A stretch of DNA of 64,000 bases from Lachnospiraceae bacterium (GCA_024698485.1 JAILRC010000085.1:23639-87638); one strand, 5' to 3'; counted from the stretch's first letter, positions 17,721 through 28,258 are shown. Made by a program: numbers and translations. Notes: a model not told the origin generated them from the letters alone.

Positions 17721-19383
17721 GTTTTTCTACCTCATGAAGAATAAGACCGTCTGCGGACTCAAACAGGCAGACGGTAAAAACGTACAGTTCCTTCATCAGA
17801 ACGGCAGGATGCCCATGGCAGCCAGGATCAACGGTAATGTTGAAGATGAAGAGATGCTGGAACTGTTAAAAACAGCTCAAGGTTTCAGAAAGCTGGTGGC
17901 CGGAATGGGCATTTCCGCGGAACTTGCGGAGGAGACCAAGGTCAGAACAGACAAGACTTTTTTCTGTTTCCAGTTTTACGGTCACAAAGATCCCTATGTT
18001 TCGGGGACGACATTTACTAAAGAGATCCCTCTTACGGGAGTGGAGGAATACATCGATCTTTCCAAGGTTGAATGGTCGGAGGATGATGATGTTCCGGGAC
18101 AGATCCGTTTTGAGTTTGATGTACCTGAAGTTTTGGCAAATGTTACGGTGAAACTCTACCTTCAGCCGGGGTTTGATGCTCCGGAGATTACTCCCGACAG
18201 AGAATTGAACCTTGAGTCCGAGAATTACAGACTCATGATCAAACGTTCAGTGCTTAATTACGGCAATCTTTCAAGGATACAAAAGGCCATGGAAGATGCA
18301 AGGGCCGGTAAGGAAGTGACCGTTGCTTTTATAGGAGGCTCCATTACTCAGGGAGCGGGAGCCATTCCCATCAATTCCAAATGCTATGCTTACCTTGCAT
18401 ATGAACGATTTTGCGCTCTTTGCGGCAGAAAGCCGTGGAAAAACGTAAAGTTCGTGAAGAAGGGAGTGGGAGGAACACCCTCCGAACTGGGGCTTTTAAG
18501 ATATGACCGTGATGTGACTCAAAACGGTAAGATCGAGCCCGACATTGTCATAGTTGAATTTGCGGTGAATGATTCCGATGACGAGACCAAAGGTGTATGC
18601 TTTGAGTCTCTTGTGAAGAAGATCATGAAGGGGGAGAATTCTCCTGCGGTGATCCTTCCTTTCATGGTGTTTGCGGATGATTTCAACCTTCAGGACAGGC
18701 TGGCACCCATTGGCTTCAGGTACAATCTGCCCATGGTGAGCCTTAAGAATGCGGTGCTTCCAGAGTTCTATATGACAGACAAGGAACAGGCTCTGGTTTA
18801 CAGGAATGAATACTTCTATGACCAGTACCATCCCACGAATACCGGGCATATGATCGCTGCCGACTGCATCTGCGAGATGTTTAAGAAAGCAGACGAACTG
18901 GCAAAGAAGAACATTCCCGTGGATCTGGGTGTAAAGCCTGCCATAGGTAACGATTTCGAAGATGTGAGATTCTTTGACGCAAAAGACGGGTTCGAGGGAG
19001 CTGTAATTGAAGCGGGAGATTTCTGTGAAACCGACGCGGATCTTCAGGCAGTGGAAATGGATTTCGACCTGGGGCAGACAAAAGAATTCCCGTACAATTG
19101 GATGCATGTTTCGGATAATAAAGAATTCAGTCTTAAGATCAACTGTTCAAAACTCTTTATCATCTTCAAGGACAGTTCCTCACCTGAATTTGGAAAAGCA
19201 GAAGTCATGGTTGACGGAAAACCTGTGATCACCATGGATCCTCGTGTAGTGGGCTGGACTCATTGCCATGCGGCACTTTTGTTTAACGATGCTGAGACTG
19301 CCGACCATACGATCAGCGTTCGTATGAAAGAAGGCGACGAGAATAAAAAGTTCACCATTCTCGGATTCGGAGCGGTAAAATAA
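17680..19383 (+). CDS. SGNH/GDSL-type esterase with extra N- and C-terminal domains (candidate carbohydrate acetyl esterase)
   Basis: SGNH blocks are present: VAFIGGSITQGAG (block I, Ser nucleophile), GVGGTPS, EFAVNDS and DQYHPTNTGH (block V, DxxH). The start is ambiguous. ATG 17680 has a GAAAGGA SD but overlaps the GH115 3' end by 41 nt. ATG 17734 is the alternative and lacks a good SD. Confidence 0.6.
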   Translation: MERKTPTDAVSKGKFFYLMKNKTVCGLKQADGKNVQFLHQNGRMPMAARINGNVEDEEMLELLKTAQGFRKLVAGMGISAELAEETKVRTDKTFFCFQFYGHKDPYVSGTTFTKEIPLTGVEEYIDLSKVEWSEDDDVPGQIRFEFDVPEVLANVTVKLYLQPGFDAPEITPDRELNLESENYRLMIKRSVLNYGNLSRIQKAMEDARAGKEVTVAFIGGSITQGAGAIPINSKCYAYLAYERFCALCGRKPWKNVKFVKKGVGGTPSELGLLRYDRDVTQNGKIEPDIVIVEFAVNDSDDETKGVCFESLVKKIMKGENSPAVILPFMVFADDFNLQDRLAPIGFRYNLPMVSLKNAVLPEFYMTDKEQALVYRNEYFYDQYHPTNTGHMIAADCICEMFKKADELAKKNIPVDLGVKPAIGNDFEDVRFFDAKDGFEGAVIEAGDFCETDADLQAVEMDFDLGQTKEFPYNWMHVSDNKEFSLKINCSKLFIIFKDSSSPEFGKAEVMVDGKPVITMDPRVVGWTHCHAALLFNDAETADHTISVRMKEGDENKKFTILGFGAVK

Positions 19384-19390
19384 TACATTG

Positions 19391-19419
19391 AAAAAAGTGC
19401 AGATAATTGCACTTTTTTT
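19391..19419. terminator. intrinsic (bidirectional-type) terminator after the SGNH esterase gene
   Basis: AAAAAAGTGCA-gataat-TGCACTTTTTTT. The GC core is only 5 bp, extended by A-U pairs. The T-run is 7 nt. Confidence 0.6.
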
Positions 19420-19477
19420 ATGCCTCAAATGTGTTAAGATAGCAGGGAAGCATTTTAACTTTCTTGAAAGAGGTACT

Positions 19478-22400
19478 ATGAAGACACTTTTTAATGATGA
19501 TTGGAAATTCTATAAATCTCCTTTGTTTGCTTCAAAGGAAGAGATCCTTGCTGATGAGAGCAGGTTTACTCCCGTAGAACTTCCCCACGACTGGCTGGTG
19601 CACGACACGAAGAACCTCTACGAGGACTCGGCGGGGTGGTATCTGAAAAATTTTGAAAAGCCGGATATACCGGAAGGGGGACATGTGTTCCTGTATTTTG
19701 ACGGCGTTTACATGGATTCGGAGGTCTTTGTGAACGATGAAAAAGTGGGAGAATGGAAGTACGGCTATTCCTCCTTCTTTTTTGAGATCACGGAGGCTCT
19801 TAGGGAGGGGAGGAACCGTGTTCTTGTTGTGGCAAGAAATCAAAGCCCTAACACCAGATGGTACTCGGGAGCCGGCATATACAGAAACGTTTACATGATC
19901 GTAAAACCTGCGGATCATTTCGTTATCGACGGGATCTATGTCCATTCCGAGGCGAAGAAACTCTATGACGGGAAAGGTGATTTTGATCTGACTGTCAGAG
20001 GAGAGATCTTTACACAAAATTTAGACCTTTCCTATAGAATTTCTCTTTTTGAAAATGATAAAAATTCAAAAATGGTGGCAAGCCTTACAGGTACTACACA
20101 ACATCTTGGTGAAGTGAATTTCTCTACGACTGTAGAAAAAGCTTCCCTGTGGGACATCAGTTCACCAAATCTTTATAAATGCCGCCTTGAGCTGATTTCG
20201 GGAGAAAAAGTACTTGATGCCGAGGAATTTAACATCGGTTTCAAAAAGGTGGAGATGATCCCGGACAAAGGACTCTTCCTTAACGGACGCAAGATCAAAC
20301 TGAACGGAACCTGTGAGCATCACGACCTTGGCATCATCGGAGCAGTTGTAAACAAAGAAGGTTCTGCGAGGAGACTCAGGAAACTTAAAAAGATGGGTGT
20401 GAACGCTATTCGCACCAGCCACAACATGCCTTCTCCGGAACTTCTTGACCTCTGCGATGAAATGGGCTTCCTCACCATGATCGAGTCCTTCGATATGTGG
20501 GAAGGAGCAAAAACAAAGTACGATTATGCCAGGTTCTTTAAGGAATGGAGCGCAAAGGACGTTAAAAGCTGGATCTGTCGCGACCGTAACCGTGCCTGCC
20601 TTCTCATGTGGTCCATAGGTAATGAGATCGGTGACACCCATGCTTCAGCCCACGGTCAGGAGATCACAAGGTATCTCATGAACGAAGTTCACAAACATGA
20701 CCCTCTTCACAACGGTCCGGTGACTATCGGCTCCAATTATATGCCCTGGGAGAATGCACAAAAATGTGCGGACATTTTGAAAATAGCAGGCTACAACTAT
20801 GCTGAAAGGCTTTATGACATGCACCACGAGGAACACCCGGATTGGGTGATCTACGGAAGTGAAACGGCGTCCCTTGTTGCTAGCCGCGGAGTTTACCGCT
20901 TCCCCTACGACAGGAAAGTGATGTCTGAAGTGGATGAGCAGTGTTCGGCTCTCGGAAATTCCAACACCAGCTGGGGCGCAAAGTCGGTGGAAAGCTGCAT
21001 CATTGCGGAGCGTGACCATGATTTCTCCATGGGTCAGTTCCTTTGGACAGGTTTTGATTACATCGGAGAACCCACTCCATATCACACAAAGAACAGTTAT
21101 TTCGGTCAATTTGACACCGCAGGCTTCCCCAAGGACGGGACTTACATTTTTGCTTCCGAATGGACAAAACCCGAAGACGGTGTTGTACTTCACATTTTCC
21201 CTTATTGGGACTGGAACGAAGGACAGAAGATCGATGTGAGAGTCACTTCCAATTGCCGTTTCGTGGAGCTTTTTGTGAACGGAAAGAGCGAGGGAGTAAA
21301 GGAGATCGACCACGAGCATGGCGACGTTCTTGTACCCACCTGGACTGTTGACTACCATAAAGGGGAAGTCAGAGCAGTTGCCTATGACAAGGACATGAAC
21401 AAAGTTGCGGAGTGCACGGAACATTCTTTCACCGATTCGGTAAAAACGGTTGCAGTCTGCGAAGATAATGATAACACCTTTATTGAAAAGACGGATGAAA
21501 ACTCCGAATGCACCCTTGTGATCCCTCAGGACGGGCGTGAAATCTATTTTGTTGACATTTCCATGCTGGATAATGACGGTTTTGAAGTAAAGAATGCCAT
21601 GGATCATGTGACTGTGACGGTGTCGGAAAACGCAAAGCTTCTGGGACTTGATAACGGTGATTCCACGGATTACGATCAATATGAGAGTTGTTTCAGGAAA
21701 CTCTTTAACGGAAAGCTCATGGCTATGGTAAAGAGCGTGGGAGCGGGAGACATTCGCGTAAATGTGAAACGCTCGGAAGAAAAAGTCTCTGCAAGAAAGA
21801 TAGAACTAAAGTCCGATACATTGACCCTCACTCCCGGCATGAACGACATTCTTGTAACCGCAGAAGTGTTTCCGAAAAAGGCTGTCTGTGAACTCACCTG
21901 GGCTGCAGTCAACAAAACAGGGATTGAAATGAGCTGCATAAAAGTCATCGGTAACGGTGATCATGCAACAGTTTCTGCCATTGGAGACGCTGATTTCACT
22001 TTAAGGTGTTACGCAAAGGAAAACGGAAGAGTCACCTTGATCTCACAGATAGAAATGAAAGCGGAGGGTTTCGGTGAAGCATTTCTTTCACCCTACGAAT
22101 TTGTTTCTGCGGGACTCTACACCGATGCATTGGGCGAGATCGGCTGCGGAAACGAAAAGGGGGTTGCCACATCTGCCACGGAAAAGAGCGGCTTTGTCCT
22201 CAGTAACATCGATTTCGGAGATTACGGATCCGATGAGTTTACAATCTGGATCTTCGCGCTTTCAGGAGAAAATTTCCCCTTCGAAGTCTATGACGGCAAT
22301 CCCGAAAAAGGCGGGAGATATCTTGCAACCTTTGATTATAAAAAGCCCTGTATCTGGGATGTTTATCAGGAAGAGACCTACAGACTTCCGGAAAGGCTTA

Positions 22401-22834
22401 AAGGAGTCCACGACTTATGCTTTATGGCGACCGACAGGCTCCAGTTCAAGGGTTTCAGGTTTAAGAAATACAACAAAGCCTATGAAGAACTGGATTGCAG
22501 CTTCCTGTCTTCCGTTACCGGCGATTCCTTCAGAAGGACAGACACACAGGTTCTTGACATCGGAAACAATGTTACCCTGACCTTCGACAACGTGGATCTT
22601 TCGGAGAGTGCATCGAAGATCAGGATCCTTGGCAAGACGGATCTTGACAAGTGTTCCATCCATCTTCATCTTGAAAGTGAGGCCGGAACAAAGACGGAGA
22701 TCCTGGAGTTCACCGCAAAAGACAAGGGTTACATGGATTTTGACCTTGACTGTCTCAGAGGATGCGGAAAACTTGAGTTCATTTTCCTCCCCGGCAGCAG
22801 GTTCGACTTTTACGGTTTCAGGTTTACGAGATAA
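19478..22834 (+). CDS. GH2 family glycosidase (beta-galactosidase / beta-glucuronidase class) with C-terminal Ig-like and carbohydrate-binding-like modules
   Basis: The N-terminus FNDDWKF, plus NAIRTSHNMPSPELLDLCDEMGF and WSIGNE (acid/base region), is a GH2 hallmark. About 350 extra C-terminal residues are present. ATG 19478 is preferred over track start 19388. Confidence 0.8.
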   Translation: MKTLFNDDWKFYKSPLFASKEEILADESRFTPVELPHDWLVHDTKNLYEDSAGWYLKNFEKPDIPEGGHVFLYFDGVYMDSEVFVNDEKVGEWKYGYSSFFFEITEALREGRNRVLVVARNQSPNTRWYSGAGIYRNVYMIVKPADHFVIDGIYVHSEAKKLYDGKGDFDLTVRGEIFTQNLDLSYRISLFENDKNSKMVASLTGTTQHLGEVNFSTTVEKASLWDISSPNLYKCRLELISGEKVLDAEEFNIGFKKVEMIPDKGLFLNGRKIKLNGTCEHHDLGIIGAVVNKEGSARRLRKLKKMGVNAIRTSHNMPSPELLDLCDEMGFLTMIESFDMWEGAKTKYDYARFFKEWSAKDVKSWICRDRNRACLLMWSIGNEIGDTHASAHGQEITRYLMNEVHKHDPLHNGPVTIGSNYMPWENAQKCADILKIAGYNYAERLYDMHHEEHPDWVIYGSETASLVASRGVYRFPYDRKVMSEVDEQCSALGNSNTSWGAKSVESCIIAERDHDFSMGQFLWTGFDYIGEPTPYHTKNSYFGQFDTAGFPKDGTYIFASEWTKPEDGVVLHIFPYWDWNEGQKIDVRVTSNCRFVELFVNGKSEGVKEIDHEHGDVLVPTWTVDYHKGEVRAVAYDKDMNKVAECTEHSFTDSVKTVAVCEDNDNTFIEKTDENSECTLVIPQDGREIYFVDISMLDNDGFEVKNAMDHVTVTVSENAKLLGLDNGDSTDYDQYESCFRKLFNGKLMAMVKSVGAGDIRVNVKRSEEKVSARKIELKSDTLTLTPGMNDILVTAEVFPKKAVCELTWAAVNKTGIEMSCIKVIGNGDHATVSAIGDADFTLRCYAKENGRVTLISQIEMKAEGFGEAFLSPYEFVSAGLYTDALGEIGCGNEKGVATSATEKSGFVLSNIDFGDYGSDEFTIWIFALSGENFPFEVYDGNPEKGGRYLATFDYKKPCIWDVYQEETYRLPERLKGVHDLCFMATDRLQFKGFRFKKYNKAYEELDCSFLSSVTGDSFRRTDTQVLDIGNNVTLTFDNVDLSESASKIRILGKTDLDKCSIHLHLESEAGTKTEILEFTAKDKGYMDFDLDCLRGCGKLEFIFLPGSRFDFYGFRFTR

Positions 22835-22891
22835 GCTTTGTTTTAAACCCTGCTTATGGGTTATATCTTAAAATTTCATTTGCATAATTAC

Positions 22892-22947
22892 AGCATATGG
22901 GCTAAAATTATTTGGTTGATGATCAAAATAGGCTTATATGCTTTTTT
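22892..22947 (+). terminator. possible terminator/attenuator hairpin between the GH2 and DUF624 genes
   Basis: AGCAUAUGGGCU (22892-22903) can pair with AGGCUUAUAUGCU (22930-22942), using three G-U pairs. The loop is ~26 nt. TTTTT follows, immediately before the GGAGG SD. Confidence 0.35.
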
Positions 22948-22960
22948 GGAGGTTTTTTAT

Positions 22961-23800
22961 ATGGGTATGATGGGAAACATTTTTAACCCCGATAACGCTT
23001 TCTTTACTTTTATGGGAAAAGCTTTTGACATTGTAGTGTTGAATCTGGTGTGGCTTTTGCTTTATGTCCCTTTTGGCGGTTTTTTATATCTTTTGAGTGT
23101 CACCGGTTCCGTTGTATTTATCGCGTGTGCCGTCGTTTCTCTGGTGGTTTTTGTTCCTTCCATGATCGCCCTTTATTATGCTGTGGTCAAGTCCATCAGA
23201 CGTTCCAGAAGCTATCCCGTAAAGGAATTTTTCAGAAGCTTCAAGGATAATTTCAGACAGGGAGCCGTAGGTTCTGTAGTGGTGATCATCATAACCGCTC
23301 TTTTGTATATGGATTTTCAATACGCCTGGGCCCTTGTGAAGGAGCAGGACTCAAAGGGAGTTGTATCCCTGGGGGTGTTCTTTGTCATTGCATTTTTTGC
23401 GACGGGAGTATTGATCTATTTTTGCCCTGTACTTTCAAGGTTTAACATGACCTTCTTTAATGCGGTCAAGTTTTCACTGGGACTTTCCGCAAAGCATTTC
23501 TGGTGTACTTTGCTTTCATTTATACTTTGGGTGGGAATTGTGCTTCTCATTTATCTCACCGCAGGCTATGTGCTGTTTTTCGGTGTCGCATTGGCGACAC
23601 TTCTGGGGTCCTTCATGATGGAAAAGGTACTTAAGAAATATGTGCTGGAAACCGTGGAAAGGCAGAAACAGGCGGAAAACGAGGCTCTTGCCAACGGGGA
23701 GGAGCCGGATGAGGGCAAGGAAGAAAAGAAGCCTGAATACACAGAAAGCTTTGAGGACGGAGGGAAGGATACCAAGAAAGACGAGTGGTATCTTGAGTAA
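22961..23800 (+). CDS. DUF624 (YesL-like) integral membrane protein with a charged C-terminal tail
   Basis: MGMMGNIFNPDNAFFTFMGKAFDIVVLNLVWLLLYVPF resembles the YesL/DUF624 N-terminus that commonly accompanies Firmicutes sugar ABC loci. Several TM segments are present. ATG 22961 follows GGAGG. Confidence 0.6.
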   Translation: MGMMGNIFNPDNAFFTFMGKAFDIVVLNLVWLLLYVPFGGFLYLLSVTGSVVFIACAVVSLVVFVPSMIALYYAVVKSIRRSRSYPVKEFFRSFKDNFRQGAVGSVVVIIITALLYMDFQYAWALVKEQDSKGVVSLGVFFVIAFFATGVLIYFCPVLSRFNMTFFNAVKFSLGLSAKHFWCTLLSFILWVGIVLLIYLTAGYVLFFGVALATLLGSFMMEKVLKKYVLETVERQKQAENEALANGEEPDEGKEEKKPEYTESFEDGGKDTKKDEWYLE

Positions 23801-23836
23801 AACGGGCTTTTGACGGGGGATTTACGGAGGAGAGAA

Positions 23837-26035
23837 ATGTATATTGATCGTAATGATATTGAGGGAATTTTCTACGGTTATTCAAAGCATCCCTTTGATG
23901 TGCTGGGGCCCAGAGTAATTGGGGAAGATCTTAGGATATGCTGTTTTTATCCCGATGCCTGCGGAGCTGTTGTAAACTCAAAGGAAGACGGCTCAAAATA
24001 TGAGATGCAGAGACTTGACGACAGAGGCTTTTACGGCATAGAGATCGCAAACAAAAAGCCTTTTGCCTACACTTTGACTTTGTACTATCCCGACGGTTCG
24101 GATTACGAGACGGAAGATGCCTATGCTTTTTCGCCCGCTCTTGACGAAGAGGCACTGGATCTTTTCAATAAGGGCATAAATTATGAGGTTTACAAGGTTC
24201 TCGGAGCCAGGACCGTTACATTGAACGGCGTTAAGGGCGTGAGATTCGGACTGTGGGCTCCCAATGCGTCCGCGGCGGGAGTTGTGGGAGACTTTAACCT
24301 CTGGGACAAGAGAAGATCCCTCATGGAATTTGATGAAAATCACGGAGTTTACTCACTTTTCATCCCGGGATTGGAGAACGGCGCTCTTTACAAGTTTGCC
24401 GTTACCACAAAGGGCGGCGCTACCATATTCAAAGCCGACCCCTATGCTTATTCTTCGCAGAAAAGACCGGACAATGCGTCTGTGATCTTTGATATAGACA
24501 ATTTCAAATGGAGCGACTCTTCATGGCTCAAAGCCAGAGAGGCAAAGGACCCTTTGGATGGCCCCATCAACATTTATGAAGTTCACCTCGGAAGCTGGAA
24601 AAAGCCTGCGGAAGAAGACGGAAGCTTCTACAACTACAGGGAACTGGCCGTAATGATCTGTGATTATGTGAAGGAGATGGGCTACACTCATGTGGAACTC
24701 CTTCCCATAATGGAGCATCCTTTTGACGGTTCCTGGGGCTATCAGGTCACGGGTTACTATGCTCCCACATCCAGATTCGGCAATCCTTCGGATTTCATGT
24801 ACTTTGTGGATTATATGCACAAGAACGGCATCGGAGTGATCCTTGACTGGGTTCCGGCCCATTTCCCCAAGGATGCCTTCGGTCTTGCGAAATTCGACGG
24901 TACCTGCCTCTATGAGCATTTTGACAAGAGAAAGGGAGAGCATCCCGACTGGGGTACCCTCATCTACAATCTTGAGAGGCCGGAAGTTTCCAACTTTTTA
25001 ATTGCCAATGCCATGTACTGGGTAGAACAGTTCCATGCCGACGGTATTCGTATGGACGCCGTGGCTTCCATGCTCTATCTGGATTACGGCAGAAAGAACG
25101 GAGAGTGGATACCCAACAGATACGGCGGACGTGAGAATCTTGACGCCATGGAGTTCCTGAAGCACCTGAATTCCATGATGAACAAGAGAAACAAGAACGT
25201 CCTTATGATCGCGGAAGAATCCACAGCCTGGCCCAATGTTACGGGTGTCGTGGAAAAGAACGACAGCCTCGGTTTCACGCTGAAGTGGAACATGGGCTGG
25301 ATGAACGATTTCCTGAAATATATGGAACAGGATCCTCTTTTCAGGAAGGGGGTTCACGGCTGTCTTACATTCTCTATGATGTATGCCTACAGCGAGAAGT
25401 TCATCCTTGTGCTTTCCCATGACGAAGTGGTTCACGGCAAGGGTTCTCTCGTAAACAAGATGCCCGGCGAATACAAGGATAAGTTTGCAAACTTAAGAGC
25501 CGCTTACGGCTTCATGATAGGTCATCCCGGAAAGAAACTTCTTTTCATGGGACAGGATTTTGCTCAGTTCTCCGAGTGGAACGAAGGCAAGAGCCTGGAC
25601 TGGGGACTGGTTGACAAATACGAGATGCACGGAAAGATGCATGTTTATTGCAAAGACCTTTTCAATTTCTATTGCAAAAACACTGCCCTTTACGATATGG
25701 ATTTTATTCCCGAGGGCTTCAAATGGATGAGCTGTCAGGATGCGGATCACAGCATTGTTTCCTTCATCAGACGGAGCAAGGAGGGAGAACTTCTGCTCTT
25801 CGTATGCAACTTCACCCCTGTGGTCTATGACGATTTTGTACAGGCAGTGCCGGAATTGGGCAGATACAAGGAGATCATCAATTCCGACGACGAGAAGTAC
25901 GGCGGAACGGGACATGTTAATCCCAAGACTCTGGCGGCGCAGGATGTGCCCAAGGACGGTCAGGAACAGTCCATAGTCATGAAACTTCCTCCTCTGGGAG
26001 TGGTGATCTTCAAAAAAGAAAAGTCTGCCAAGTGA
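23837..26035 (+). CDS. glgB: 1,4-alpha-glucan branching enzyme
   Basis: Classic GlgB blocks are present: WGYQVTGYYAPTSRFG, GIGVILDWVPAHFPKD, DGIRMDAVASMLYLDY, MIAEESTAWP, LSHDEVVHGKGS. ATG 23837 follows GGAGGAGAG. Confidence 0.93.
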   Translation: MYIDRNDIEGIFYGYSKHPFDVLGPRVIGEDLRICCFYPDACGAVVNSKEDGSKYEMQRLDDRGFYGIEIANKKPFAYTLTLYYPDGSDYETEDAYAFSPALDEEALDLFNKGINYEVYKVLGARTVTLNGVKGVRFGLWAPNASAAGVVGDFNLWDKRRSLMEFDENHGVYSLFIPGLENGALYKFAVTTKGGATIFKADPYAYSSQKRPDNASVIFDIDNFKWSDSSWLKAREAKDPLDGPINIYEVHLGSWKKPAEEDGSFYNYRELAVMICDYVKEMGYTHVELLPIMEHPFDGSWGYQVTGYYAPTSRFGNPSDFMYFVDYMHKNGIGVILDWVPAHFPKDAFGLAKFDGTCLYEHFDKRKGEHPDWGTLIYNLERPEVSNFLIANAMYWVEQFHADGIRMDAVASMLYLDYGRKNGEWIPNRYGGRENLDAMEFLKHLNSMMNKRNKNVLMIAEESTAWPNVTGVVEKNDSLGFTLKWNMGWMNDFLKYMEQDPLFRKGVHGCLTFSMMYAYSEKFILVLSHDEVVHGKGSLVNKMPGEYKDKFANLRAAYGFMIGHPGKKLLFMGQDFAQFSEWNEGKSLDWGLVDKYEMHGKMHVYCKDLFNFYCKNTALYDMDFIPEGFKWMSCQDADHSIVSFIRRSKEGELLLFVCNFTPVVYDDFVQAVPELGRYKEIINSDDEKYGGTGHVNPKTLAAQDVPKDGQEQSIVMKLPPLGVVIFKKEKSAK

Positions 26036-26036
26036 T

Positions 26037-26056
26037 AAAAACGGGAAACCGTTTTG
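26037..26056 (+). terminator. weak candidate terminator after glgB
   Basis: AAAACGG-gaaa-CCGTTTTG. The stem is short and AU-rich. Confidence 0.3.
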
Positions 26057-26107
26057 TATAAAAAGAATTCCGCTTCCGTAAAGGGGAACGGGCGAAAGGA
26101 AGACAAA

Positions 26108-28222
26108 ATGTCAAACACAATTCAGGAATTATTCGGGATTGACGTATTTAACGAGACCGTCATGAAAGAAAGCCTGCCGGAGAATGTTTTCGCATCACTC
26201 AAGAAAACAATGGAAAACGGCGACGAGCTGGATCCCGCTATTGCGGACGTTGTTGCCAATGCCATGAAGGATTGGGCCATCAAAAAAGGCGCAACCCACT
26301 ACACACATTGGTTCCAGCCTATGACGGGCATCACTGCGGAAAAGCATGACTCCTTTATCGCACCTGCCGAAGAAGGCAAGGCTGTAATGGAATTTTCGGG
26401 TAAGGAACTCATTAAAGGCGAATCCGATGCTTCATCCTTCCCTTCGGGAGGACTGAGAGCCACCTTCGAAGCCAGAGGATATACGGCCTGGGATTGCACT
26501 TCACCCGCTTTTGTAAAGGAAGACGCCGCAGGATTTACACTTTGTATTCCCACAGCTTTCTGCTCCTATACGGGAGAGGCACTTGATGAGAAAACACCTC
26601 TGTTACGTTCCATGGATGCCATAAACCGCGAGACCGTGAGACTTCTTCATCTCATTGGCAAGAAGGACGTTACGAGAGTTTCCGTTTCCGTAGGTCCCGA
26701 GCAGGAATACTTCCTTGTGGACCACAGAAAATTCATGCGCCGTGAAGACCTGATCTTCACAGGCAGAACCCTTTTCGGAGCTTCCGCTCCCAAGGGACAG
26801 GAGATGGACGACCATTACTACGGAGCCATCAAAGAGAGAATAGCTTCCTTCATGAAGGAGTTGAACGAAGAACTCTGGAAGCTGGGGGTTTATGCAAAGA
26901 CACAGCACAACGAGGTGGCTCCCGCACAGCACGAGCTGGCCTGCGTTTATACAACCGCCAACATTGCCTGCGACCACAACCAGATCGTTATGGACACCAT
27001 GAAGAAAGTGGCGAAGCGTCACGGTCTTGAATGTCTCCTTAACGAAAAGCCTTTTGCAGGGGTCAACGGTTCGGGTAAGCACGATAACTGGTCGGTAGTG
27101 ACCAATACGGGAGAGAATCTTTTGAAGCCCGGCAAAGAGCCTCACAAGAACATTCCCTTCCTTATCTTTTTGAGCGCTGTCATAGCTGCGGTGGATGATC
27201 ATGCATTGCTTCTACGCTGCGCGGCTTCCACCCCCGGAAACGACAACCGTCTGGGAGGAAGTGAGGCACCGCCCACAGTGATCTCTGTTTTCCTGGGAGC
27301 ACAGCTGGACGACATCGTTCATCAGATCATCGAGACGGGCTCCGCAGCAGACTGCAAGAAGAAGGAAGTGATGCGCATGGGCGTTTCGTCTCTTCCCGAA
27401 CTCAAGAAGGATGTTACGGACAGAAACCGTACATCGCCCTTCGCATTCACAGGAAACAAGTTTGAATTCCGTATGGTGTCCAGCCAGCAGTCCATCGCTA
27501 TGCCCAATACGGTCTTAAATACCATTGTTGCGGATGAACTTTCCAAGTTCTCCGACGAGCTTGAAAAGGCTCAGGGCAAGAACATCGAGGAAGAGGCCAT
27601 GAGACTTGTGAGAGAGTCTCTCACAAAGCATGCCCGTGTCATCTTTAACGGTGACGGCTATTCGGAAGGCTGGCAGAAAGAGGCGGAGAAGCGCGGACTT
27701 CCTTCAGCTAAGACCATGGTGGATGCCAACGTGGCCCTGACTTCTCCCGAAACTGTCGAGACCTTTGCAAGGATGCATGTGCTTTCAAAGGTTGAACTGG
27801 AAGCAAGACAGGAGATCAACAACGAGTTCTATGCAAAGACACTGAACATCGAAGCAAAGACCATGATCGAGATGGCCGCAAGACTTTACATTCCTGCCGT
27901 GATCCGCTATTCAAAGCGTCTGGCAGAGACCATCAATGCCATCAAAGACACCGGGCTGGGACTTGAAACTTCTGTTCAGGCTGTTCTTCTTAAAAGACTG
28001 TCGAACCTTCTTAAAGAGGCTTCAAGCGCTCTTGACAAACTGAGAGCAGAGAATGACGCTGCACGCGCCATTAAAGATGAGAAGGAAAGAGCTGTGACTT
28101 ATGCCAAGAAAGTAAAGCCCGCAATGGAGGCTCTGAGACGTCCCATCGACGAATTGGAGATCATTGTGGACAAGAGATTCTGGCCTGTGCCCACTTACGA
28201 AGATCTCATGTTTGAGGTATAA
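26108..28222 (+). CDS. glnN: type III glutamine synthetase
   Basis: About 704 aa. The N-terminus ([16 protein letters not shown]...[12 protein letters not shown]) and the catalytic region ([11 protein letters not shown]..., [10 protein letters not shown]) match GlnN-type GS of Bacteroides and rumen Clostridia. Confidence 0.85.
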   Translation: MSNTIQELFGIDVFNETVMKESLPENVFASLKKTMENGDELDPAIADVVANAMKDWAIKKGATHYTHWFQPMTGITAEKHDSFIAPAEEGKAVMEFSGKELIKGESDASSFPSGGLRATFEARGYTAWDCTSPAFVKEDAAGFTLCIPTAFCSYTGEALDEKTPLLRSMDAINRETVRLLHLIGKKDVTRVSVSVGPEQEYFLVDHRKFMRREDLIFTGRTLFGASAPKGQEMDDHYYGAIKERIASFMKELNEELWKLGVYAKTQHNEVAPAQHELACVYTTANIACDHNQIVMDTMKKVAKRHGLECLLNEKPFAGVNGSGKHDNWSVVTNTGENLLKPGKEPHKNIPFLIFLSAVIAAVDDHALLLRCAASTPGNDNRLGGSEAPPTVISVFLGAQLDDIVHQIIETGSAADCKKKEVMRMGVSSLPELKKDVTDRNRTSPFAFTGNKFEFRMVSSQQSIAMPNTVLNTIVADELSKFSDELEKAQGKNIEEEAMRLVRESLTKHARVIFNGDGYSEGWQKEAEKRGLPSAKTMVDANVALTSPETVETFARMHVLSKVELEARQEINNEFYAKTLNIEAKTMIEMAARLYIPAVIRYSKRLAETINAIKDTGLGLETSVQAVLLKRLSNLLKEASSALDKLRAENDAARAIKDEKERAVTYAKKVKPAMEALRRPIDELEIIVDKRFWPVPTYEDLMFEV

Positions 28223-28227
28223 ACGGT

Positions 28228-28258
28228 AGGGGCTTTCGAAAGGTTCAAAAGCCCTTTT
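28228..28258 (+). terminator. candidate intrinsic terminator after glnN
   Basis: AGGGGCTTT (28228-28236) pairs with AAAGCCCTT (28248-28256). The loop is 11 nt and the T-run is short. Confidence 0.5.

Noticed and set aside
26036-26107. A nitrogen-responsive riboswitch or GlnR/TnrA-type operator upstream of the type III glutamine synthetase.
   Set aside because: The intergenic region is only ~70 nt and I could see neither a structured leader nor a TGTNAN7TNACA-type dyad. Nothing there can be supported from the sequence.
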